Source: a virus (lineage: Duplodnaviria; Caudoviricetes). From it: a stretch of 58,395 nucleotides of DNA. The DNA lies in IMG/VR virus record IMGVR_UViG_3300022896_000001, positions 1 through 58,395 of that record; one strand, 5' to 3'. Positions 44,676 through 54,147 of the stretch are shown here, in pieces. The notes beneath the pieces are model-generated. The model was not told the DNA's origin, ran no database searches, and worked only from the letters and a program-made list of their open reading frames with translations. The translations under genes were made by a program, and so were the position numbers. How positions within the stretch are numbered: the first letter of the stretch is position 1; each line of letters starts with the position of its first letter.

Positions 44676-45160
44676 AGCGCACCCCGCTGAAGCGGAAGAC
44701 CTCGCTGACGCGCACCGCGTTCCCCTCCCGAGGGAAGCCGCTCCCGCAGCGCGCGGCACCGCTCAAGGCGAAGCGGCCCAAGAAGGCGGCCACGGCGGTC
44801 GAGCAGCCGGACGGCGTCGGTGAGCGCGTCGCGAAGGACCGGGCCCGGAGGCGCGCGGTCGGCCTGTGTGAGATCCGGCTGGTCGGGTGCTTCGGCCGTG
44901 GCAAGGACTTCCACCATCGCCTGCTCAGCGGGCAGGGCGGGCTGTGGCAGGCCAGCAACGGCTTGTTCCTGTGCCGCTGGTGCCACGAAGCCGTGACGAA
45001 CACGCGCGGCAACCGGGCGCTGTACGAGGCGAACGGCTGGCTGATCCGGGCCAACACCGTGCCCGCGATCGTTCCCGCCACCGTGCCGGTGCTGCTGTGG
45101 AACGACACGCGGGTGCTGCTCGACGACGTCGGCGACTACCTGCCGGTGCGCGCGGGATGA
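44672..45160 (+). CDS. HNH endonuclease
   Basis: CEI...C...HHR...SQGG-like...SNGLFLCRWCH. Confidence 0.8.
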   Translation: MKRTPLKRKTSLTRTAFPSRGKPLPQRAAPLKAKRPKKAATAVEQPDGVGERVAKDRARRRAVGLCEIRLVGCFGRGKDFHHRLLSGQGGLWQASNGLFLCRWCHEAVTNTRGNRALYEANGWLIRANTVPAIVPATVPVLLWNDTRVLLDDVGDYLPVRAG

Positions 45161-45423
45161 GCCGCCGACGCTCGATGCCCGCGGCCGTCGCCCCGGCGGC
45201 CGCGCGGTCGGACTGGCGGCTGTGGCGGGCGTGCTGGGAAGGCCGTGAACCGGCCGATGCGCTGCCTACTCAGGACCGCGAGGACCTGGTGTGGCAGCTG
45301 CACCAGCGCGGGTGGTCCGACGAGCAGATCGCCGACCACACACGGATGACCGAGTACACGACCGCCCGTATCCGCGCCCGGCTCGGACTCGCCGAGCACG
45401 GGCCTGCCGCTGCCGCTAGCTAG
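45157..45423 (+). CDS. Small HTH protein
   Basis: GWSDEQIADHTRMTEYTTARIRARLGL. Confidence 0.7.
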   Translation: MSRRRSMPAAVAPAAARSDWRLWRACWEGREPADALPTQDREDLVWQLHQRGWSDEQIADHTRMTEYTTARIRARLGLAEHGPAAAAS

Positions 45424-45457
45424 GCCGCTGAATCAACGACAGAAGGAGGTGAACAGC

Positions 45458-46216
45458 GTGAGCCACCAGGCCGTCACGTGGGCGCTTTACGAGTCGCCCA
45501 TGCTGCTCACCGCGGCTGGCAAGCCGGACACCACTGCGCGGTTCGTGCTCGTGGTGTACGCGGAGCGCGCGGACAAGGACGGCTGCAACGCGTACCCCGG
45601 CCCCGCTTACGTCAAGTTCGCCACTGGCTTGGACGTGCGGACGGTCGAGCGCGCGGTGCGACGCCTGGAGGACGCGGCCCTGTTGATCCGCGATGGGCTG
45701 ACCGCGAAGGGCGCTGTGCGATGGCGGCTGGATCTCACTGTGAAGCGTCCAGCAAGCGACTGGGCCGAGATCGAAGCGGCTCAGGCAGCGGAGCGGGAAG
45801 CGACTGCGGAGCGGGTTCGGAGGCATCGCACGAAGGCCTCTGTAACGGACGCAGAATCCGTTACAGGCTCAGCGGTAACGGATTCTGCGTCCGTACGTAA
45901 CGGACGCAGAATCCGTTCTGTAACGGACGCAGCGCCGGGGGAACCACCAGAGGAACCACCAGGTGAACCGTTCGGGGGCACGCTGCCCCCGGACCCCCTG
46001 CGCACCGACGCGCCGCAAGCGGCTTGTCGGACCGATCTGGAACCGGAACCTGAGCGATCCAAGACGACCTCTACGGGACTCGATCGGGAAAGTCCGGTAC
46101 CCAGCGCGCGAGCGCGCTGCGCCGCGCACCCGCTGCTCGCGGCCGGGCGTGGCCCGGACGGCAAGCCCCTCTGCACGTTCTGCCGTCGGGTCGAGCAACT
46201 GGCGGCGGCGTCATGA
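45458..46216 (+). CDS. Replication initiator (N-terminal wHTH) with internal origin
   Basis: AVTWAL...RFVLVVYAERAD...AYPG...TGLDVRTVERAVRRLE; internal iterons. Confidence 0.8.
   Translation: MSHQAVTWALYESPMLLTAAGKPDTTARFVLVVYAERADKDGCNAYPGPAYVKFATGLDVRTVERAVRRLEDAALLIRDGLTAKGAVRWRLDLTVKRPASDWAEIEAAQAAEREATAERVRRHRTKASVTDAESVTGSAVTDSASVRNGRRIRSVTDAAPGEPPEEPPGEPFGGTLPPDPLRTDAPQAACRTDLEPEPERSKTTSTGLDRESPVPSARARCAAHPLLAAGRGPDGKPLCTFCRRVEQLAAAS
45841..45932. repeat. Iterons / putative origin of replication
   Basis: GTAACGGACGCAGAATCCGTT at 45842 and 45897, inverted at 45875, partial at 45920. Confidence 0.8.
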
Positions 46217-46521
46217 CCGAGCACTTGGCGACCGTCCGACCGCTGCGCCCACGGAGGTGCTCCGACATGCCCGACCGCTACGGCGACGACCCGACCGCAC
46301 CGGACCCGGCCGAACACCGGTGCTTCAACGGCTGGCTCAACGACCGCCTCACCGCCGACAACCCTCGGCCCTGCCCGGTGTGCAAGCCCGATCGCACGCC
46401 TGCCGCGCGGCGGGCATACCTCCGGCGGCTGCTCGGCAAGCCGAACCCCGCGCCGGAACCGGCAGCGGCATCCGAGCTGGAGCCACTCGACTGGTCCGGC
46501 CGCCGCACCCGCCGAACCTGA
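46213..46521 (+). CDS. Zn-binding hypothetical protein
   Basis: HRCFNGW...PCPVCKP. Confidence 0.55.
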   Translation: MTEHLATVRPLRPRRCSDMPDRYGDDPTAPDPAEHRCFNGWLNDRLTADNPRPCPVCKPDRTPAARRAYLRRLLGKPNPAPEPAAASELEPLDWSGRRTRRT

Positions 46522-46591
46522 CCGCCCTGCACATCCATGACACCGCCGTCCGGCCGCCCAGGGTGGCCCAGGAAGCCACGAAAGGAATCCG

Positions 46592-47122
46592 ATGACCTTC
46601 GCTGTACCCCGGCCCGACTCGGATCGTCCAGAGCCCGCCACGGTTCAGGTTGCTGAAGCCAACGCCGCACTCCGCGCGCTCGCCCGGCAGCGCCCCAGCA
46701 CACGCACGCACTCCTGGATCCCTGTCCCCGACGACCGCGTCGAGTGGTCTTCGGCAGAGGGCGTGTGGAAGCCCGCAGTGGTCGAGCGGGTCACGATCTC
46801 CCGCGCGGACACGGTGGCGCGGATCGTGCTGGACGAGAACGGGCGCCTGCTCGTGGCAGGGCTGGAGCACCTCCGGCCGTCGCCCACCGCGCCGGCCACC
46901 CACGCCGCTGAGGAGAACCCCCGAGTGAACGACACCAGCACAAGCCTCGTGGACGCCGTCGCGGCAGCGGCCCCGACGCTCACCAAGCGCGAGGCCCGAG
47001 ACGCCACCGCCGCGCTGCTCCGGAAGCTGTCCGAGTTCATGGACGAGGACGAGTCCGACGAGGGCTGGCCCGAGGCTGACGACCTGCTCATGCTGGCCGA
47101 CGACATCGAGGCCCGGGCATGA
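46592..47122 (+). CDS. Hypothetical protein (internal RBS + GTG 46925)
   Basis: AAAGGA RBS. Confidence 0.65.
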   Translation: MTFAVPRPDSDRPEPATVQVAEANAALRALARQRPSTRTHSWIPVPDDRVEWSSAEGVWKPAVVERVTISRADTVARIVLDENGRLLVAGLEHLRPSPTAPATHAAEENPRVNDTSTSLVDAVAAAAPTLTKREARDATAALLRKLSEFMDEDESDEGWPEADDLLMLADDIEARA

Positions 47123-47439
47123 GCGCGGGCGCCTTCGGGCGGTTCCTGAGAGCCGGGCAGGGAGGGCTGATCGCGGCCGCCGCGGTGCTGTACGGCTCGG
47201 TGGGCTGGGCCGGTCGGCTCGGCGGACGTGACCAGCACGCCACCGTGGCCGACCCTGACGGCTACACCCCAGGCGGCGATGACTGGGCTACCGACAACCC
47301 CGCCACCCACGTGCCAGCAGAGGACGAGTGGTTCCCGGTGGGCCGGCCGATCGACCCGGCTCGCCGAGCTGGCGACGCGGCACCGCAGCCGCAGCCACGC
47401 GCGCCGTGGTGGCGCAGGCTCCTCGGCAGGCTCCGGTGA
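47119..47439 (+). CDS. Hypothetical protein
   Basis: ATGA overlap. Confidence 0.55.
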   Translation: MSAGAFGRFLRAGQGGLIAAAAVLYGSVGWAGRLGGRDQHATVADPDGYTPGGDDWATDNPATHVPAEDEWFPVGRPIDPARRAGDAAPQPQPRAPWWRRLLGRLR

Positions 47440-47714
47440 CCACCGCCGTGACGATCCCGGCCTGGCTCGCGTGCCTCGTCATCCTCTTCGCCACCTTCGG
47501 CGCGTACGCCGTGCTCTTCCTTCTGCAGCAGGCCATCGAGTCCTTCAGGGAGTTCATGGCTGCTCGTCGTGACTACTACCGCCTGGAGGCGAAGAAGATG
47601 ACCAGCCCAGCGGACCCGCCGCCCGAGCCCGCCCCGGTCGGTAGCCCCGAAGGAGCCGACCGGCTGCGCGCCGCGATGGATGACCACGATGCCGACACCC
47701 GCGAGGAGAACTGA
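47436..47714 (+). CDS. Membrane protein
   Basis: GTGA overlap, one TM helix. Confidence 0.6.
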   Translation: MTTAVTIPAWLACLVILFATFGAYAVLFLLQQAIESFREFMAARRDYYRLEAKKMTSPADPPPEPAPVGSPEGADRLRAAMDDHDADTREEN

Positions 47715-48472
47715 TGTCCGTCCGGATGCTCACCAAGGACCTGCTGGCCTTGCTCGACGACCTCATGCTCACCGCTCAGGCCGAGCCTGGCGGCGCGGGC
47801 TACGCCGGGATGCTCTTGCACACCAGCCGCGTCAACGAGGGCGACGACCCCGGCGCCGCGAAGAACTGCCTCGTCGGCACCTCCACCAACGGCGAGATCA
47901 TCGGCCACACCTGGACCGAGGCAGGCGGACACCTCCCCGCCACCCTGCTCCCCGTCCGCTACGTCACCCCGCTCCGCCTGGCCCTCGGGAAGCTCTTCAA
48001 CAAGGACACCAAGGAAACCCACGTCACCGACATCCGACGCGAGGGCGACCACATCGTCATCGCGGAAGACCCGGACCTGTTCGGCGGAGGCTGGTCCCAG
48101 CAGTTCGCCTACGGCGACCTCGACCACTGGCCGCGCAGCGTCTTCCCCCTGCTTGCGCAGATCAACCTCGTCGCGCCCACCACCCTGCGCCCGGTCGAGA
48201 ACCGCACCGACTTCCCCGCACGCCGACTCGCCCCGTTCGTCACCATCGCCGGACGCCGCAGCGGCGAGCTGTCCTTGTACCGCTGCCACCAGTCGCTGAA
48301 CGTGCACGTCCAGGTCGGCTGGCAGTACCGCGGCCTGCTCGTCCCGTCGACCGGTTGGAACGACAGCTCGGGGGAGGGTGGCTCACCGGACTGCGGGGTG
48401 TACGCCGCGGACCTCCCGGCAATCGTGACGGCAGAGGACACGTCGAGAAAGCCTGAGCCAGCACCGGCATAA
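47714..48472 (+). CDS. Hypothetical protein, possibly beta-clamp-like fold
   Basis: GAGGAG RBS; LVGTSTNG...HVQVGWQYRGLLVP end. Confidence 0.55.
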   Translation: MSVRMLTKDLLALLDDLMLTAQAEPGGAGYAGMLLHTSRVNEGDDPGAAKNCLVGTSTNGEIIGHTWTEAGGHLPATLLPVRYVTPLRLALGKLFNKDTKETHVTDIRREGDHIVIAEDPDLFGGGWSQQFAYGDLDHWPRSVFPLLAQINLVAPTTLRPVENRTDFPARRLAPFVTIAGRRSGELSLYRCHQSLNVHVQVGWQYRGLLVPSTGWNDSSGEGGSPDCGVYAADLPAIVTAEDTSRKPEPAPA

Positions 48473-48475
48473 CGA

Positions 48476-48509
48476 AGCGGCCCCCATCCCTGCCGGGGTG
48501 GGGGCCGCT
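48476..48509. terminator. Hairpin between convergent genes
   Basis: AGCGGCCCCCA...TGGGGGCCGCT. Confidence 0.65.
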
Positions 48510-48524
48510 CGGGTGTGGGCGGGG

Positions 48525-48752
48525 TTAAACCTTGGCGGTGCGCCGCGGCAGCACGCCGGCGTCCTCGGCGGCGTTGCGGATACGGCGGACGGTTTCGCGG
48601 TCGGTCCCGACACGGCGCGCGATGTCCATCGTCTGCTCACCTCTGGCGTAGGCCGCGACGACGGCGGCCTTCATCTCGGCGTGCAGGGTTTCGGCCCTGG
48701 TTCTGGCGCTGCGGTACGCGCGGCCGATACGTACCAGGTCGTCTTCATCCAT
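48525..48752 (-). CDS. Small HTH regulator
   Basis: AYARGEQTMDIARRVGTDRETVRRI. Confidence 0.75.
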   Translation of the reverse strand: MDEDDLVRIGRAYRSARTRAETLHAEMKAAVVAAYARGEQTMDIARRVGTDRETVRRIRNAAEDAGVLPRRTAKV

Positions 48753-48778
48753 GAGGCCGATGCTCCCATGGAGACGTT

Positions 48779-48844
48779 GGCCTAGCAAGTAGGCCGATCC
48801 TGTCGGCGTAACCAGTTGACAGGCCTGACAGGTAGGCCTACGGT
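48779..48844 (+). promoter_or_regulatory. Strong promoter with two GGCCTR-N5-TAGGCC operators
   Basis: TTGACA-N17-TACGGT (48816-48844) whose spacer is GGCCTG-ACAGG-TAGGCC; second site GGCCTA-GCAAG-TAGGCC at 48779-48795. Confidence 0.8.
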
Positions 48845-48871
48845 ATTGGCATGACAACCGAGGAGGTACCG

Positions 48872-49312
48872 ATGACCGCCACCGCCCAGGACAACCGCCA
48901 GGCGGACCCCTCGGCTTTCGCCATGCCCGAAACGTTCCGCGTTCCACGAATCAGCGCGGAACGCGGAACGGCTTCCACTCGGCCGATCGTGGTCGACAAC
49001 GCCCGCTTCGCCTGGACCAACCAGAACAGCGGCGTCCTCAACGCCCTCCACCCCGACCTCGTCTTCGACTACCGCGAAGCCCTCGACACCGCCGCCATCA
49101 ACCGGCTCGGCCCGCTGCTCGCCCAGGTCTGGGCAGAGCGCGGCTACACCGTCCAGTGGGGCACCTACGACCAGGCCCACGACCAGCTCCGCGGCATGGA
49201 CCGCGCCACCTACTGGGCCGTCATCGACGACGCCTGCTCGCGCCTCGACGTCGACCAGCTCGTCCGCGACGCCGACCTCGTCGACCTCCAGCGCTCCCTC
49301 TACAGCGACTGA
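48872..49312 (+). CDS. Hypothetical protein (alternative leaderless start 48851)
   Basis: GAGGAGG RBS. Confidence 0.75.
   Translation: MTATAQDNRQADPSAFAMPETFRVPRISAERGTASTRPIVVDNARFAWTNQNSGVLNALHPDLVFDYREALDTAAINRLGPLLAQVWAERGYTVQWGTYDQAHDQLRGMDRATYWAVIDDACSRLDVDQLVRDADLVDLQRSLYSD
48933..48970. promoter_or_regulatory. Operator copy 3 (intragenic)
   Basis: Perfect CGTTCCGCGTTCC-N12-GGAACGCGGAACG. Confidence 0.7.
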
Positions 49313-49351
49313 CCCCGCCCGGACGCCTCACCGTCCAGGAAGGACACCCCG

Positions 49352-49537
49352 ATGCTGAACACCCTCGCAGACCTCATCTCCGACCGCCTCGACGAGATGG
49401 CCGCGCACGACTGCAACGAGCAGCACGTCGACGGCCTCCGCGCCCACCTCGACATCCTGCTCGCCACCAGCGCCGACCTCACCGCGTTCGCCGACGAGCT
49501 CGACATCACCGTCCCGGCCCTCGCGGCGGTGGCGTGA
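49352..49537 (+). CDS. Small acidic protein
   Basis: GAAGGA RBS. Confidence 0.7.
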   Translation: MLNTLADLISDRLDEMAAHDCNEQHVDGLRAHLDILLATSADLTAFADELDITVPALAAVA

Positions 49538-49685
49538 TGGGCGCCCACTCCGCCCGCCTCCTCGACACGGGCGACACCACCCCGGTCCTGGACACCCGCC
49601 TGACCCTGCTGGCCACGGACCGGAAGGCCGCTCTCGCCACCGCCCGCACCCTCGCCGCCGACGTCCGCACCGGACGCGTGACCCG

Positions 49686-49973
49686 ATGAGCCGCCTCATC
49701 CCCGCCGCGCTGGAGAAGCGCTACGAGACCGCCCGCGACCGCTTGTCCGAGGTGCTCGCCCTGACCCCGACTGACGAGGCAGCCCTGATCGCCAAGTACC
49801 GGGACTCGGTCGCGGCGTGGGGCGAGATGGTCGACGTGTACGCGGAAGCGGGTCGGCTCCCGTCGGTCGGCACCGGGCTGCTGTGGTCGGCGCTGTACGA
49901 CGCCGGGACGTACGCCCGTAACCGGCGCGCCGAGGCTGAGCGCGAGCTGGCGACGCTGGGCGGCAAGTCGTGA
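49686..49973 (+). CDS. Hypothetical protein
   Basis: ATGA overlap chain. Confidence 0.65.
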   Translation: MSRLIPAALEKRYETARDRLSEVLALTPTDEAALIAKYRDSVAAWGEMVDVYAEAGRLPSVGTGLLWSALYDAGTYARNRRAEAERELATLGGKS

Positions 49974-50173
49974 CCGCCCGCGCCACGGTGTCTGTGGACC
50001 TCGGCAACCGGTCCGCCACCGTCGTCGACTCCGACGGCACCCACCAAGGCACCTGGTCCGACACCACCCGGTCCACTGCGGCTGACCGGATCGCCGCGGA
50101 TGGCTGGAAGTTCGCCGACGACTACGGCTGGCGGATGACACCCGACGGCGGTGTCCGCGAGGTCGTCCGGTGA
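49970..50173 (+). CDS. Hypothetical protein
   Basis: GTGA overlap. Confidence 0.6.
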   Translation: MTARATVSVDLGNRSATVVDSDGTHQGTWSDTTRSTAADRIAADGWKFADDYGWRMTPDGGVREVVR

Positions 50174-50330
50174 CCGCCGACGAGGCGGGTCGGGACCGGC
50201 AGCGGCAGTTCGACCTCGAACAGGCCGCCAACGCCAAGCGCCTCGAAAAGCACGGGGCCGCACTCCTCGAAAAGTACGGGCCGCAGAAGTACTTCGCCTG
50301 GCAGCAGGCCACCAAGGAAGCAGGAACCCG

Positions 50331-50522
50331 ATGACCACCACCGCGCCGGCCACCCACTGGGCTCGCGTCCGCCGCGCCGCCGGGACCTTCTGCCTCGTCC
50401 CCGCGTTCCTCGCCGCGCTCGCCCTCGGCCCCTTCGAGAGGCAGTGGACCTGGCCCCGCGCCATCACCGTCGGTGTCGTCTGCGAACTCGCCGCCCTCGG
50501 CCTCGTCCTGGTCACCCGATGA
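50331..50522 (+). CDS. Small membrane protein
   Basis: Two hydrophobic segments. Confidence 0.55.
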   Translation: MTTTAPATHWARVRRAAGTFCLVPAFLAALALGPFERQWTWPRAITVGVVCELAALGLVLVTR

Positions 50523-50836
50523 ACCCCGACCCCGCCGGCCCCTGGGGCGTGATCGCCGTCGTGATCCTCGTGGTCCTCGGCGTCAGCGCCGCCACCTGCG
50601 CCCTCGCCGTCGTCGTCGGACGAGCCCTCCGCCGCTCCCGCCTACACCACGAGCAGGCCCACGGCACCGGTCACGTCCACGACAACACCAGCCGCCTCTG
50701 GAACGAAGGCCCCGACGGGCTCTACGACCTCGACGGCTCCGCCGACCCGGCCGACCAGTCCTGGACCTACGACCAACTCGACCGCGTCCACGGACCACTC
50801 ATCCCCGCCGCGCCCACCAGACAGGACACCCCGTGA
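50519..50836 (+). CDS. Membrane protein
   Basis: ATGA overlap, one TM helix. Confidence 0.6.
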   Translation: MNPDPAGPWGVIAVVILVVLGVSAATCALAVVVGRALRRSRLHHEQAHGTGHVHDNTSRLWNEGPDGLYDLDGSADPADQSWTYDQLDRVHGPLIPAAPTRQDTP

Positions 50837-51045
50837 ACCTCCCCATCCGCCCCGCAGACCTCCCCGCCACCGCCGACCGCTGGACCGACACCGCCGGATC
50901 CGTGTGGGCCGACGCCGGCGGCGACGACCTCCTCCTCATCGAGCACGGCGGCACCCCGGTCCCGTTCGCCGACCCCACCCCGAGGGCAACGGTCACCCGC
51001 CAGTGGGGCCCGCTGACCCCGGCAAGACCCGCGGTGTCCGCGTGA
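50833..51045 (+). CDS. Hypothetical protein
   Basis: AGGA RBS, GTGA overlap; W.D..G..W...WGPLT motif also seen at the end of the upstream gene. Confidence 0.55.
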   Translation: MNLPIRPADLPATADRWTDTAGSVWADAGGDDLLLIEHGGTPVPFADPTPRATVTRQWGPLTPARPAVSA

Positions 51046-51425
51046 TCCGCGTCCTCGGCACGGCCGTGGTCCTCGCGTGGTTCGCCGGGACCGCGGTCCT
51101 CGCTCACGCCGCGGCCGTCGAAACCCACCCGGCCCCGCTTCCCGCCGGGTACGTCCTGGCCCACGCCCGCATCTCGTGCGCCGTCGACCGGTTCGACACC
51201 GCCGAGCAGACCCGCGTGTTCCGGGCCTCCGACCTGTCCGCCACCGCGCTGCGCTGCGTCCTGGACGCCGTCGGTGCCCCGTCCTACGTCGCCACCGACA
51301 TCGCCCGCACCCGCACCCCGATGCAGACCTCCACCGCCTCCTGGGGCACCGCTACCGCCACCTGGTACCGCGACCCCGAGTCCGGTGTGGACGTCACCAT
51401 CCGCATGACAGGAACCGCGCCGTGA
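51042..51425 (+). CDS. Putative secreted protein
   Basis: Signal-like N-terminus; CVLDAVGAP...TASWG..ATWYRDPESG. Confidence 0.6.
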   Translation: MIRVLGTAVVLAWFAGTAVLAHAAAVETHPAPLPAGYVLAHARISCAVDRFDTAEQTRVFRASDLSATALRCVLDAVGAPSYVATDIARTRTPMQTSTASWGTATATWYRDPESGVDVTIRMTGTAP

Positions 51426-51977
51426 CCCGCCTCCCCGTTCCGGTCGCCTGCGCGAGGTGCCAGTTCAACCACCACTGCCCCTCGTGCCGGTCGTGCTAAC
51501 CCACCCACACCGACACCTGCCCGTACCACCCGTCCCGCCGGAAGCCGCCAGAGCCGGACGCGTGCGCCGCCTGCAACACCCCGGAGCGCAGCCACTACTC
51601 CCGCTGGTCGCCCGACGTCCGCTGGCACGTGTGGATCGCCCCGCGTAACGAGACCCGCAAGGCCCGCATGCTCGCCCGCCGTAGCACCAGTTCACCGCAC
51701 GCATAACCCCGCCGCACACCTGCGGCCCCCGAACTCAGAAAGGCATCGCCATGGCGCTCGTCGAGAAGCAGTGCTCCCGCTGTCACCGATGGTCGTGGGA
51801 CAGCCAGACCGGCTCCTACAACGAAACCTGCACCCGTGACGGAAAACCCTGCGACACCAACGGTGGCACGTGGGTCGACGGCCTTCCGCAGTAGATGACC
51901 GGGTCCGGTGGCAGGTGACTCGCCTGCCACCGGACCCCGAACCCACCCGCCTCCCACCTCACCCCGAAAGGCCCGCG

Positions 51978-52598
51978 ATGACCGAGCCCACCGTCACCCC
52001 GCCCGTGGCTGGCGCTTCCAGCGTTCCCGATGACGTCGTGGAGATCGCTCTCGCTGCCAGCCTCGAACACGAGGTGCTCAACCCAGGGGATGGGGCGTTC
52101 GCCCGGCTCCGTGCCGCGATCGCCGCTGCCCGCCCGCACCTGACCGCCGAGCGGGACGCGGAGAACACCCGACTCCGGGCCGAGAACGAGCAGTTGCGCC
52201 GGATCACCGCCGAGGTCTCCCGCCTGCGCTGGCTGACCGACAAGGACGGGCCGGTCGTGCACGCGCTGGGCCAGATCGAGGTCATGACCGCACGCCTCGA
52301 AGGCGTCACCGACACCGCTCGGTTGCTCGACTTTGCCGAGGTGGAGCAGGTCTACCGCATCGCTGGCGACGCGATCGCCGTGCTGGCCGACCCCGCCCCG
52401 GAGCCAGCCGCCGAGGCGCCCGAACCCGAGATCGACGAGACCGACCCCGCCTACTGCCCCTCCGCCCTGTCCAGCGACGACCGCCACAGCAGCGACTACC
52501 TCAAGCGCGGATGGGCCTGCCAGTGGTGCGGCGCAGAACCCGTCGAAGCCGACCCCGCCCCGTCCCCCCCCACCGCACAGGAGACCCCCGATGCCTGA
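51978..52598 (+). CDS. Coiled-coil hypothetical protein
   Basis: GAAAGG RBS. Confidence 0.65.
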   Translation: MTEPTVTPPVAGASSVPDDVVEIALAASLEHEVLNPGDGAFARLRAAIAAARPHLTAERDAENTRLRAENEQLRRITAEVSRLRWLTDKDGPVVHALGQIEVMTARLEGVTDTARLLDFAEVEQVYRIAGDAIAVLADPAPEPAAEAPEPEIDETDPAYCPSALSSDDRHSSDYLKRGWACQWCGAEPVEADPAPSPPTAQETPDA

Positions 52599-52929
52599 GC
52601 AGACCGACGCCGACCGCTTCATCGCGGCGATCACCGCAGCAGACGAGCAGGCAGACCCGGACGACACGTTCCGGGACACGATCGCCGCCGACCCCGACGC
52701 CCACCAGGTCGCTTCCTGGACGGTTCACATCGCCCGTTGGTACCGGCGGATCGCCACCGTCTACCGCTGCCCCGACGGGACGTTCGCCGCCGTAGAGGAG
52801 AACCACGGCGCGACGGAGGAGCAGGAGTCCGACCCGTGCGCGACCGCCTACGTGGTCGAGCCCTACGAGGTGACGGTCACGAGGTACCGCAAGCCCGCTT
52901 CCCCGTCCGCCCCCGAGGAGCAGCAGTGA
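52591..52929 (+). CDS. Acidic phage protein
   Basis: RW...VY...GATEEQE...VEPYEVTVTRY. Confidence 0.7.
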   Translation: MPEQTDADRFIAAITAADEQADPDDTFRDTIAADPDAHQVASWTVHIARWYRRIATVYRCPDGTFAAVEENHGATEEQESDPCATAYVVEPYEVTVTRYRKPASPSAPEEQQ

Positions 52930-53486
52930 GCACCCCCGAGACCACGGTCGAAATGCGCGAGTGGCTGATCCGTGGCGAGACCATCGCCGACGACCAGGCC
53001 GAGTACGGGCTGACCGTGTTCGTCCGCGCCGACGACGTCCACGAGATCATCCGCGCCTACCTTGTCGCCAACGGCCTGCCCGTGCCCGCCCCGTCCTCCG
53101 TGGACACCCCGGCGGACACCCCAGCACCACGAGTGTGGCGGGCGGGCGACAAGGCCGTCTGGCGCGGCCGCGTGGTCACCATCGCAGGCGTCCACAGCGA
53201 CGGCGAACACGTCGCCCTGCACGACTTCGACAGCCTGCTGCTCGACCGCGACATCACCGAACTGTCCGAAGTCCCGCCCCGACACCGCTGGCACGTGAAC
53301 CAGCGCGTCGAGATCCACAACGCCATCACCGGCACGTGGTCCCCGGCCACCCTCACCGTCGTTGGCAGCGTCACCGTCCCGTTCGAGGCCGTGCTCGACG
53401 ACGGACCAGCGTGCCGGTTCTACAACGCCAGCCCCTCCCACCTCCGTCCGCTGTCCGAGGTCCCCGCGGGCGGTGGGCAGCCATGA
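52926..53486 (+). CDS. Hypothetical protein with SH3-like repeats
   Basis: GAGGAG RBS; WRAGDKAVW / WHVNQRVEI. Confidence 0.6.
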   Translation: MSTPETTVEMREWLIRGETIADDQAEYGLTVFVRADDVHEIIRAYLVANGLPVPAPSSVDTPADTPAPRVWRAGDKAVWRGRVVTIAGVHSDGEHVALHDFDSLLLDRDITELSEVPPRHRWHVNQRVEIHNAITGTWSPATLTVVGSVTVPFEAVLDDGPACRFYNASPSHLRPLSEVPAGGGQP

Positions 53487-53767
53487 CCGCAGGCGTCGTC
53501 CAGCTCGCGTTGCTCGACCTCGCAGACCTCGCCCCCCGCGTCTGGCACCACCACCGCGACGTCCCCCAGGGCGAACCCGGACTCGTCGTCCGCGACCACC
53601 ACGGACACCGCGCCCGCAACGTCTCCCCTGGCCGGTGGCTGTGGACCAGCCAGCCCCGCTGCGACGGCACCTACCTCGACCGCGAGCACTGGGTGACGGG
53701 AGACCCCTGGTACTGGCCCTCGTACTTGCAGTTCCCCGTGACCGAGCAGCCTGCGGTCGCGGCGTGA
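53483..53767 (+). CDS. Hypothetical protein
   Basis: ATGA overlap. Confidence 0.55.
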   Translation: MTAGVVQLALLDLADLAPRVWHHHRDVPQGEPGLVVRDHHGHRARNVSPGRWLWTSQPRCDGTYLDREHWVTGDPWYWPSYLQFPVTEQPAVAA

Positions 53768-53799
53768 CCGCGGCACCCCCAAACCGAGAGGACACACCG

Positions 53800-54147
53800 A
53801 TGCCCGACCGCCCCCGCATCGTCTGCCTGTGCGGCTCCATGCGCTTCGAAGAGCAGATGCGCGAAGCCGCCCGCGTCGAGTCCATCAACGGCCTGATCGT
53901 CGTCGGCCCGATGGTCAACATGAAGCACCCGCACCCACTGTGGGACGAGACCGCCGACGTCGAGCAGATCAAGACGGACCTCGACGCCCTGCACAAGCGG
54001 AAGATCGACCTCGCCGACGAGATCCTGGTGGTGTCGGACGAGACCGGCTACGTCGGCGACTCCACCCGCAGCGAGATCGCCTACGCCCACGCGCTGGGCA
54101 AGCCGGTCCGGGAGTTCCGCATGGCTGCCCCGGCGGTGACCGGGTGA
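53800..54147 (+). CDS. Nucleoside 2-deoxyribosyltransferase-like (NDT fold) protein
   Basis: VCLCGSMRF, KIDLADEILVV, GYVGDSTRSEIAYA..LGKPV. Confidence 0.7.
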   Translation: MPDRPRIVCLCGSMRFEEQMREAARVESINGLIVVGPMVNMKHPHPLWDETADVEQIKTDLDALHKRKIDLADEILVVSDETGYVGDSTRSEIAYAHALGKPVREFRMAAPAVTG

